A DNA stretch of 64,000 bases from assembly GCA_030704615.1 (NCBI GenBank), contig CM060734.1, positions 54,312,001 to 54,376,000 of the forward strand. The letters are read 5' to 3'. The position numbers and the translations under genes were made by a program. The notes beneath the pieces are model-generated. The model was not told the DNA's origin, did not search any database, and worked only from the letters and a program-made list of their open reading frames with translations. The DNA is from Takakia lepidozioides. Taxonomy: Eukaryota > Plantae > Bryophyta. How positions within the stretch are numbered: position 1 is the first letter of the stretch; every line of letters starts with the position of its first letter. Of this stretch, positions 14,633-25,058 are shown piece after piece.

Positions 14633-14987
14633 GGGGATGCTAATCCGTGAGCGGAAAGATTCGTGAGCGAGAAGATGCTCATCCGTGAGCGGAAAGATGC
14701 TAATGGATGAGGATGATTGTCACCGCGCGGGCCTATAACCGTGGATGAGAAAACCCCAGGAGACCTATATCCGCGGGAAATGATGCATACAACCATATAG
14801 TAGTTTGCAACTTTGTAGAAGAGACATTGTGCGCATGTGGATGAATGTTGGATGAATATTCGATGCATTTTGGATGAACGTAACATTGAATTTGGATGAA
14901 CGCTGGTACACCGATGGATGGATGAATGCATGAATGCATGGATGAATAATTGACAACAGGATGGATGTCGAGTGCCTGTATTGTGGA

Positions 14988-15589
14988 CCTTCCCCCCCCC
15001 CACACTACATCTTCACCGACAGCCTTACCTCACTATTCCTCATTCGCAACCACATCTCCCACCCCTCTGCCCATCATCATCACCCCGACCGCAACCTCAT
15101 TGCCGCTATTGTCCAGAGGGCCATCTCCATAGGTCACCCAGTCCATATACTCAAAGTCCGTTCGCATACTGGCATCCATGGTAATGAAGAAGCAGACCTA
15201 CCCTCAATCGACCCTATTCACATCGCCCACACCCATCCCTTCTGGTTCATACACCCCGTTCCAGACCCCCCTGTACCCAGACCAGTCCGAAACCTCCTGA
15301 CCACTATGACCAGAGAAACAAATAAACAAGCGGCAACCTCCATACCAAAGTACACATCCAAAAATGGACTCAATCCAATGTTCTGCACCATAAACTCTCC
15401 AATCATTTCTGGCTAACCAAAGCCACCACCGACGCACAAATCCGACAAACACTCAAATTCCGATATGCCCAATACATGGGCCACCAGCGCAAACACATCT
15501 TCTAGCCACATCTATTCCCATCCCCATACTGCCTGTTATGTGCAACCACCCACCAAGCTCGTGACACTTGGCCACATCTCCTCAGCCAA
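14988..15589 (+). mobile_element. LINE ORF2 part 3: C-terminal RNase H and Cys/His finger, cut by a CACTA insertion
   Basis: YIFTDSL...LKVRSHTGIHGNEEAD completes RNase H. YCLLCATTHQARDTWPHLL is a CxxC..H finger and stops at CACTAG (15590). Confidence 0.8.
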
Positions 15590-16233
15590 CACTAGAAGAG
15601 AAACATGTTTTTTCCACGGTTTTTTCCACATTTTTTGCTGTGGAATCAGCCGCAGTCCACACCTGCCATGGGTGTAAGAAACGACTAGTGCTTTCGGACA
15701 CCCCCGTGGACGGTCTGGCTCTCGAGTGGCCCTGTGGAAAAGTCCACGGGAGGCTTTTTCCACGGGTGGTTTTTTTCACGGGATGCATGGTGACATGGCC
15801 GCTAACATGGCCGATGGCATAGCTGACATGGCAGAGTGTGAAAAAAGGCCAGTGTGGCATGTTTCACGGCGGATTTCACACCTTGAACAAGCCACTATAC
15901 GACACGTGTCATATTTCACACCTTCGACAAGTCACTATGCAACACGTGTTTGTTCATGTGTGGTGGTACGCATTAATTAATTAATAATTGATTTCCAATA
16001 TTAAGTTTGAATATTAATTAATTTAATTTATTGTTATTATTATTATTATTATTAGGGAAAATGGACAGTGGCCTTGATGAGAACATTATTAAATAACAAA
16101 ATATTGAAATTATGTTTTTAGAAATTATATTTATTCGCTCAGATATCAAAACACACCCTTTGCAAGGCCCTTTGCAAGGAATGAGAGTTTGCCTTAGTAT
16201 CTATGTTGAGTTGCGTCTCCTACTCTCTGTAAT
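15590..16233 (+). mobile_element. CACTA (En/Spm) left terminus 1
   Basis: Begins CACTAGAAGAGAAAC at the point where the LINE stops. Subterminal TTTTTCCACGG/CCGTGGA repeats in both orientations. No matching right end found. Confidence 0.65.
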
Positions 16234-19200
16234 CACTACAGGAAAAGGGGGGCCTTTGCGACGCCCGCGCCACGCCGCAACGTCAGGAAAACGCCCTTTT
16301 TCGGGCACGCGGCAGGCGCAAAATTTGCGTCGCCCGGTAGTCGCATGGGCGTCGCCAAAATGACGTCGCAAAAATGCAACGTATGGGGGTCGCGAGCCCC
16401 CGCCCCAACTCCCGCGACTACCGGACGTCGGTTTTTCAGGCCGTCTGCGCCGATGGCAGGGGCCTCTTCGAGCAACGTCGCGCTGTCGCGGCCCTCCAGC
16501 CGACGGCGTTGGTGGGGGCGCCGGCGCGGCGTCGCATCCCTTTTTTTCACCTGCCCGGAAGTCCCATCCTAAAACCCACAAACACGTGGCGTAAGCCGGG
16601 TGGTACGCCAAGCGACTATTGGGCATGACAAAAAATAGCAGGAGCAGGAATCGGTCTCCGCCACGCCCGGGCGTGGGTTGTTGCGACGCTCCGGCGTCGC
16701 TTTTGTTTTATATTTAATAATAATAAAAGACGTGGCGCAGTCAGGGTGGCGGTCTCCGCGACGCCAGGGCGTCGCGGCTTGCGACCCCCGGACCAAAAAA
16801 ACACGTCGCAGGGGGTGTCGGGCGTTGCTACCCGCAAATGGGGTTTGCGACGCCCGACCGTCGCTACTTGCGACCCCCGCCCAAAAAGCACGTCGCCATT
16901 GGCGACGTGCTGCAGTCGCGAGGGCAGCCTGGTTGGGGGGGGGGTTGGGAGTTGATTTTGGGGGTGAATTGGGGTGGTTTGTTTTTTGTCTGGTTTTGTA
17001 TTTGGGGATGGGAGACCTTACAGTTCCATTTCTCTGATTTAGCAGGTACACAATTGAGCAAGCATGAATCGAGGGTGAGGACGGTGCGACACATGAATAA
17101 GATGGAAGATGGAAAGATGGAAATATATATTACAGGAAATGAGCTGAAAAGCTCACAAGGGTTCAGTAGGCTGACCCTGGGACCTACATGGACTAGGACT
17201 AGTCATCCTCATCCTCATCCTTAGTGGAGGACTCAGAGCTATCCGATGAGCCTGATGACTCCGCGCCCTTTGCCAGAGCACGTAAATGAGGCGCCGTTCC
17301 CCTAAGTCCCACAGAGCTCTCATCCAATCCCTGGCCATGACCCTCGACTTCATCCATACTAGTGCCATGTTGTGCACTCATCCCCTCTGTGTTGGCCATG
17401 TTCTTCATGAGGGATTGTCAACCATGCTCCTTAGCGTAGTTGTACTCTACCGGAGATGGCTTCCTCTCAAATGCGCGTTGCTACACATGCCACAAATTAA
17501 AGTCAATTCTTCGCGATGATGGAGCCAGAAAGAAGACATAACAAAATCCATAGGGAAGTACGACTTACAAATCGCAAGATAAAACCCTTGGATCCGTCGG
17601 CGCCCCACTTGTGTGTGGATTCGTGCTTGTCAAGGCAGACTGTTGTTGCTTCGCGTGCCCGGACAAATTTGGCCTTGTTTGCGGCATCAGTCTCTCCCAC
17701 AATGAGTGCATCCCACGATACCTATGCACCCCCCCCCCCCCCCCCCCCCCCCAACAATTAGTGAATTACACACATACGTTGCATCGAATCCACCTCATTA
17801 ATGCACATGCGACAAATGGAAGGTGATATGATTCAGGATTTGCCAACTTGTGTAATTCCATAAGGTGGTTTGGGTATGGCCCCCTTTTCCATTGCCCTCC
17901 GAATGATCTGTCTGGCACGGTACCTCCTGTCCTTCAAGTTTCGCCCCACCATCTCCATCACCCTTGTGTCACTCCAATTGCTCGGAAACTGGCGGTCTAA
18001 CTCACGGGCATACGCCCGCTTCGCGCCAAAGTGCTGATCAGCCCACTTGATGTGCAAAGGGAACCACCTCAATGCGAATTCGAAGGTTGGCTTGTTTATA
18101 GCCTCCCAGAACGCACCGCAAGGGTCACCATGGTGATTCACCTCTACCGGTGGCACCACGATCTTTGCCAACTCCACGTCTTGTATCGCCAAGGCAATCC
18201 CACCCTCTCCCTTCTTTGTAGCCTCCTTCCCCTGCTCCTTTGTTACCCCACTGCCCTCCCCCGCATGCACACTCACCCCTTCCTCTCCATGGGACTTCTT
18301 TTTCTTCTTTTGCTTCTTTTCCTTCCCCTTCTCCACAACCATCTCCTTCCCCTTCCCCGCTACTTCCTCTCTCTCATTCTCCCTCTCCCTTCTCTCTCTC
18401 TCTCCTCGGCAGCCCCTTCATTGATGGTAAAAGGGATCTCGGGAGATCGAGGCCTCTTCTTCTTACCTTTGGTGTTCGGGTCCTTCATGAACACCACGTG
18501 CTCTCCCTCATTGGCAACCCCACTGGACTCCACCAATGAGGCCAGCCATGTTGCTGCCTCCTGAAGACAAATAACCCCTCCAAATTCAAAAAAGAAACAA
18601 ACAACAAAGAAAATCATGCATGCAAAGGAAAGGATAAATCATGGAACAAGGTGCGACAGTTGTACCTTTGCAAGCTTGTCCGACTTGCCCCCGGTGTCAC
18701 CCGATGTGGGAGGAGTCCCCGTTGCCGGATGTGCCCGCTCTATCCCTCCCGGAGCGCCACTGGAAGTAGATTCCAGATGTGGAGCATAGCCGGCGCGGCG
18801 CCCCGTAGTCTAGGCCCTTCTTTGCTGACCGCTCAGGCTCAGGGGGCGGTGTCGCTGATCGGCTAGGCTCTCGCAAACTCCCAACCGGCCCATACCTCCT
18901 CATCTCCCCCCCCCCCCCCCCCCAAATGCGTATCAGGGTAGAAGCCCTCACCCGGCTTGACTTCTTCGAGGCGCTTCGCTATCTTGGCCACTTCATTGGC
19001 CCTCCTCGTCTCCTCCTCCCTCATCGACAACAATGGGCTGGCAATGGAGGCTTTCAAAGGCCCTTGAACCTGACGTTGGGCCTTGGCAAGTGCAGCCTTT
19101 GCTGTGGAGGAAGGGGTCGCTATGGGGGTGACATCCAAAAGGTGCCCATACCGGGCCCCCGAACGGGTGATGTGCTTGCCAAGGTACATTTCACCCGTCT

Positions 19201-19540
19201 TGGTGGCCGGGGGTGTGCTCAACTGAGCATCCGGCTCAGCAACAACCTCCCGAATAAGAGAGCTGGCTGAGCCGGCCCCTGGCGCATCCAAGATGTGGAC
19301 AAGAGGGGGGGTACTGGCCTCGGGGGCAGACGAGCCGTCCGGCTGCGGCTGTCGACGGGGCTGGTTAACCGTGAGACGCCCTGGCGCGTCACACGTGCCG
19401 GCAGAGCAAACGGATTGTCCGCCCCTTTCTTTGGGGCAGGGGACTTCTTCTCTTTCCCCATAAGCTGGCACCTGTCATGCAAACCCACAAGTTGGCCTCA
19501 TTAGAAACAACCTCTACATTCCAAATCAAAAACAAAAAAC
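16234..19540 (+). mobile_element. CACTA element 2, nested in element 1; right boundary uncertain
   Basis: CACTACAGGAAAAGGG terminus with dense bidirectional TTGCGACG/CGTCGCAA subterminal repeats at 16256-16920. Confidence 0.7.
17150..19471 (-). CDS. Multi-exon TnpA-like (Ptta/En/Spm-type) CACTA accessory protein
   Basis: Exon-like ORFs 18863-19471, 17833-18560 and 17503-17710 with GT-AG borders. WSDTRVMEMVGRNLKDRRYRAR..PKPPYGI and HKWGADG resemble TnpA motifs. Lies inside the CACTA end. Confidence 0.45.
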
Positions 19541-19574
19541 CCAAGCATGTCGGGGGCTGAGAGCAGCAAGTGCT

Positions 19575-19710
19575 CGGGTCTCGAGAGGGGCAACAAAGAG
19601 AAAATAAAAAGGTGGGGGGGGGGGGGAGTGACTGAGCACCACGGCTCAGTCACTCCCCCCCCCCCATTTTTTATTATTTTTTGTTTGCCTCTTTCCCTCT
19701 CTCTCCCTCT
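19575..19710. repeat. Fold-back hairpin
   Basis: G(n)AGTGACTGAGC-accacg-GCTCAGTCACTC(n) perfect stem with imperfect GA/CT-rich arms. The arm motif GAGAGAGGGGGCAACAA recurs at about 23190 and 23335. Confidence 0.75.
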
Positions 19711-21129
19711 GGATAACTGGGCTTATGGAATTGTTGTCCCGACTTCCATCCTTGAGGAAATTGAAAAAAATTGCAAAATTGGGTTGCAGGGAATTTTGGA
19801 TGTTTTTTATCCAAAATATATTTTTTAATTATATATTTTTAGTGAAATATTTCTTCACTAAAAAACCTGTGAGTTGCAAAACTCCCGCCAGTTTCTACTT
19901 TTTCAATCCAACCTAGATGAAAAAAAGACTTCATCTGACAAGACCTAAATACAGGGCAAGACAAGTTTTTTTAATAAAAAAACCCCCCATGTTTTTCATC
20001 TAACCTAGATAAAATACGGACTACATCTGTTGAGTGCAAGACAGGATGAAAGCACGATGTCTTTTCATCTTCCACGAATGAGAAACGGACAACGTCCGTC
20101 GGGCGGACAGACTGGCGGATGTTTTTCATCCTGAGAAGGATGAATGACGGGCCAGACAGGGGAAAACCCTGCGCAACCCTAATGTCTTTCTTTTTGCGCT
20201 GCGAGAGTGCGCGCGATGGCGGCTTGTGAGGAGCGATGGTGCTCGTGCTGCAGATACCTTGAGCTGCCAATCCTTGAGTGTTTATGGCTCCTGTGAGCGA
20301 CGCCTGGGCGGGCTCTTTAAGGCGATGGCGGTGGCTTAGAGATGAGGGAAGATTCTCTGTCTCAGTTGTCTGTTTTTTTGCTGCACAAGGGAACCGCGGC
20401 AGTGATGGCGGAGGCACCACCTGCATGCCTATGACGTTTCCCTAGGAGCCCTCCTCTGGATCTTTGATGAATGGCGGCACAAGGAAGTCTCTCTCCCTCC
20501 CTTTATAAACCCTACCTTTTGAGACCAAGCTCTTTTTTTTTGTGCTTGGCAAGACCTTGCTTTGGTTAAGGTAGCAGTGCTGTGGTGTTGGCGGAGTCCT
20601 CCCTGCACGGTTAGGCTTGTGGAGAGATGGCGACTCTCCCCCAAACAGTAAAAAATGTTTTTTTTTCTGTTGGTTTTGCTTCCTTGCTTGCTTTGGCATT
20701 CTTTGCGCTTAGATTGAAGTGTATTTGACCTCGATAGCAAGTGTGGAAGCCTGCTACTCACCTCGTGCATCCTCACTAACTCACAATGCGTTGTGGTTGT
20801 TTTTGGGACGGGCACAGGTGAGGGCTTCCACTTAATATTCTGATGTCTAGGTGCTGCTGGATGCCAAGTGGGATTGCAGAGCAGGGGAAGGAATCGCTTG
20901 CCAGGGACTCATCCTAAAATGTTGAAAAACTAAACTACTCTATGGTTTTTCTTGATCCTGCCTCTTTCCTTCCTTGATTTTTGAAGAACAAGTGTAATGC
21001 TTTCTACGATGGGCTAGTTCGGCCCAACCTCTGTTATGTTGTGACAGCCGGGTTTATGATGGCTTGTGTGAGAGACACACATCTGTTTTCCAGGCCCTAG
21101 TTTGCTTTGCTTACCTTATGGTAGTTGGA

Positions 21130-21600
21130 AACAAATTGAGAGGCTGCAAGGAACTGTTTGTTGCAGCTACTCGGGTACCTCTGTTGGTAAAAGGCCCATG
21201 TTATGTTCCAACCCAGATGGCTTTGTTAGCTAGATGCTTAGGCCAGGGTATGGTGAAGTTTCCGCCTGTGGCTATTCGGCTGACACTGAAATATGGCAGT
21301 AATATAAATGGTAACTGGTTTTTTAGGCAGCCAGGGTGGTCAAGTGGAAATACCCCCTGGACATGGTGTAATGACATGGTCAAATGTGGAATGATGTGAA
21401 GGTTGTACTGACAGTATCATACTGTCACAGGATTCACAGGATGTGTATGCAGTCATTTATATTTACCTTGTTGTGTCATGAGCTTTGATTTTCAGCTGTA
21501 GCAAGAAATAAAGGTATAGGGGTGTTCTGGAAAACTTACCAAACATATCCACATCCCCTGTGGGGGCAAGCTGTACTGCACACCAGTCTAAACAATTACT
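21130..21600 (-). pseudogene. Possible glycosyltransferase family 90 (CAP10-like) gene fragment
   Basis: GDVDMF, GT-AG intron, then VFPLDHP...LPYFSVS...NFTIPWP...KAIWVG, loosely matching GT90 motifs. Contains stops. Confidence 0.3.
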
Positions 21601-22098
21601 GGCAATGCAAGGTATTTAAATCTGTGATATCCAAGTGTTCCTTTCTTTTTTAAGAAAACCCTCCATGACACCCATGGGGTTTTAGTAAGTATGCTTGGAT
21701 TACAGCTTGCAGACAGTAAATCTGTATGACTATGTGACCTGCACCACATCAAGGCCAAAATATGGCCAAGTACCCGCCATCCCACCCAGACCTCTGTAAG
21801 TGTATCATGATATTGACTGGTGGTCAATCAGCATCAGTGGCATACTCTCTGGATTATGAATAATACTGACATGAACACATGAATGGATGCAATCCTGGAT
21901 TTTCTAAGCTTGATGATTGATGGATGGTGCCATTGTTAAGTGGCTGATATGTCTATTTATTCTTTCATGACAACGACCCTAGGGGTCATGTCTTTGTCTT
22001 GACATGACAAAAAGTATCTTCCCTCTCTTTTTTGCTGTTCACAAAAGTAAACAAACCACAAGGGAGAGAGGGTGCAGAAAAAGTTAAAAAGATTGTAC

Positions 22099-22858
22099 TC
22101 ATAAGACGTTGTTTGCCGTAGCCTTGTGGCCATTGACCCCGCGCCCAGTTTGAGCGGAAACAAAAGGGACAGAACCTGCCTCTGTCAGGGGCTGACGTTC
22201 GTAGTAAGACTTACCTTCATATGTAGAATTAATCTGGGTTTTCCAGATATCCTCTACAGATCCCTTCACACAAGCAACAAACTGCTGTGTGTGATTTGCC
22301 CAATAACTAGGCCTCAGGAGGGCCTGGGCTTTTGGCTCAGCCTTGAGACTTTCAAAGTTGGTAAACAGAGGTACAGACACAAATTCCCTTGATAGATTTG
22401 AAGAGAGCGTCTCTTTGGTGAGAGAACCCCGGACAGTGTATCAGAAAATGAGTATTGTCTTCAGATTGCCCACACAACGGGCAATTGCACTCTCCCTTTC
22501 CTCTCTGCTTCTGTTTGTTGTTCAAAGGTAGGCTTCTTGCCCTGAGTTTAAATTTCAGTCTAGTGCCAAGAGTGGGTAGACCCTTGAGGTCATCCAAGAT
22601 GTCCTCCCCCATGTCACTGACTGGAAACAAGTTCAGGGAAGTTTTTTGCCTAACTTCATTTTCATCAGACAATCTCATGGCAACAGGCATGGCTTTGGAC
22701 ACTACAGCCTCTAAGTCAGATTTATCAACCCATATTGCAGATCCGTACTCCAACGCAGGTCTAATAATGCGACAAAGCATGGTTTTCTTAACCTCAGAGT
22801 TGACCCCTCTGCAGAAAAAGTTAAAAAGAGAGAGGGAGAGTAGCTCCATGAACCTCAC
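22099..22858 (-). mobile_element. LINE ORF2 3' fragment (RT thumb and CCHC finger), internally deleted
   Basis: IIRPALEYGSAIW is an RT C-terminal motif, followed by KFKLR...CPLCGQSEDNTHFLIHC. Confidence 0.7.
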
Positions 22859-23399
22859 AAGCCCAAGTGTCGGGCTGTTTAGGTTTAGAGAAGTGAACCA
22901 GAATCTCTTCCCCGCGATTTCATCCGGTCTGGATGGAAAATCATCATAGCTTATAGGTCAATTTCATCCGGCAGGGATGACTTCCGTAGGTTGCCAGGAT
23001 GTCATCCGGTATGGATGACATCTGATATGGATGAAAAATCCAGCAAGTCATCAGGTTTTAAGCATTTCCACAAAAAATACCTGTCTGTCCATCAATCATC
23101 CATCAAAGTTTTTCTTAAGGTTTTCATCCATAATGGATGAAACCCTAAATGTTAAAATCCCAGACAGGTATCTGGAGAGAGGGAGACAGAGGGAGAGAGG
23201 GGGCAACAAAGAAAAAACAAAAAGGTTGGGGGGGGGAGTCGGGTGAAAACACCTTTTAGAGTCCATCTGGTATAGATGGAAAATCATGAAAAGAACATTG
23301 ATGCAACCGGCCAGTTCCGAGGAGGGAGACAGAGGGAGAGAGGGGGCAACAATGAAAAAAAATGGGTTGGGGGGAGGGGGAGGAGGTCAGATGGTGGGG

Positions 23400-24060
23400 T
23401 CAGCTGCAGCATATGTCCAACACCAGATATCCTAAGTTAATCGACTTTATATCTTGGAAACAGGACCGCCCACCGACCTGTCAAACAGGCTAAGTCCTGG
23501 CAGAAGACAGTAGAAGAGATTCTCAAGGACCTGGACTTGGAACCGCAAGTCTTCACCCTGCTGGGTAAATCTGACTTGGAGGCTCTAGTGTCCAACCATG
23601 TCTGTTGCCATGAGATTGTCTGATGAAAATGAAGTTAGGCAAAAAACTTCCATGAACTTGTTTCCAGTCAGTGACATGGGGGGAGGACATCTTTGGATGA
23701 CCTCAAGGGTCTACCCACTCTCGGCACTAAACTGAAATTTAAACTCAGGGCAAGAAGCCTACCTTTGAACAACAAACAGAAGCAGAGAGGAAAGGGAGAG
23801 TGCAATTGCCCGTTGTGTGGGCAATCTGAAGACAATACTCATTTTATGATACACTGTCCGGGGTTCTCTCACCAAAGAGGCGCTCTCTTCAAATCTATCA
23901 AGGGAATTGTGCATGTCCTTTGTTTACTAACTTTGAAAAAGTCGAGACTGAGCCAAAAGCCCAGCCCCTTCTGAGGCCTAGTTTTTGGGCATCTCACACA
24001 CATCAGACTGATGCTTGTGTAAAGGGATTTGTAGAGGATATCTGGAAAACCCGGATTAAT
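23400..24060 (+). mobile_element. Second, inverted copy of the same LINE 3' fragment, cut by CACTA at 24061
   Basis: 23570-24060 is a close reverse complement of about 22228-22722 and encodes the same CPLCGQSEDNTHF. Confidence 0.8.
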
Positions 24061-24084
24061 CACTAGAAGAAAAACGCGGAATAA
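24061..24084 (+). mobile_element. CACTA left terminus 3, interrupted after 24 bp by the Gypsy LTR
   Basis: CACTAGAAGAAAAAC starts where homology to the other LINE copy ends and resembles the terminus at 15590. Confidence 0.6.
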
Positions 24085-25020
24085 TGTCGCGCGGCTTTTA
24101 CTCACCCATCCCTTCGCTATTCGAGGCGGAAACTCCAAGATTGAAGAGTTGGAAATCTCTAAGTACTCAGCCCGCGCAGAACAATCAGTCATGACCTACA
24201 GCTAGTGTATCATGGGGGTGTTTCCTATTTGTTTCCCTTTTGGTATTCATGTTAGCTATCTTACCATTGATAATTAAGTATCAGTTTGCTTTATCAATCT
24301 ATTGGATTCCATCAACTCATCCATTCATTTCACAGCTTCACTCAGATCTCTCTACACAGTGTGATTGTATCGTAAAAGTATCCGATTATGATTTATCAGG
24401 TATCAGGCCGAAGCCATTGTGTCTCTAATCTGCTCTACAATATCATTACAGCCTTGCATATACAAGCATCTACTCATCATCTCTCTATCTTCACTTCCGT
24501 TCTTCATCTCTGCCCGATCCCCTCTCCTCTATCACCAAGAAGTCCTCCTCCGAATGAATGTCCCTCAATTCCCCGTTTCTCCCTTTATCTTCCTATCCGC
24601 GGTTCTAACCGTTTCCCTCACTAACCGTGTCTGTGAACTAACATGTTCCCTTCGCAGGTGTTGTTCCCCACAGTCGTTCCCTGTCCTACTCTTCGTTCCC
24701 TATGATCGTGACAGCTGTGTCAAGCTGTGACTGGCTGTGTGAAACTGTGACGGGCTGTGTCGGCTGTGTCGGCTGTGTCTGCTGTGACGACTGTGACGGG
24801 CTGTGTTGGCTGTGTCGGCTGTGTCTGCTGTGACGACTGTGACGGGCTGTGTTGGCTGTGTTGGCTGTGACGACTGTGACGACTGTGACGGGCTGTGTAA
24901 CCCCCCTCTACAGTGCGCTGCTGTCACCCCTAAGGCTCCTGTTGGTCTCAGTCTGTGCAAAAATTAAGGGTACCCTACAGATCCCGTATAAGTGTCTAAG
25001 TCCCCGACAGTCCTCTAACA
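24085..25020 (-). repeat. 3' LTR (936 bp)
   Basis: TGTCGCGCGG...CCTCTAACA, near-identical to 36239-37190, with an internal GGCTGTG/GACTGTG tandem tract. Confidence 0.95.
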
Positions 25021-25041
25021 TTACCCCTTCCCCCCTCAAAA
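25021..25041 (-). promoter_or_regulatory. Polypurine tract
   Basis: Minus strand TTTTGAGGGGGGAAGGGGTAA directly precedes the TG of the 3' LTR. Confidence 0.9.
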
Positions 25042-25058
25042 AGCCGTGTCCTCACGGT

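Larger units (their letters stand above)
8296..14987 (-). mobile_element. Mutator-like DNA transposon, family A, internally deleted; its other terminus lies inverted at 14633-14987
   Basis: Termini GAGAGCAGCTAGCGCGTGAGC (8296) and GGGGATGCTAATCCGTGAGC (14633) with GTGAGC subterminal repeats. 10-bp TSD CCTAATATCT at 8286-8295 and as reverse complement at 14623-14632. Contains a SWIM-domain transposase remnant. Confidence 0.8.
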
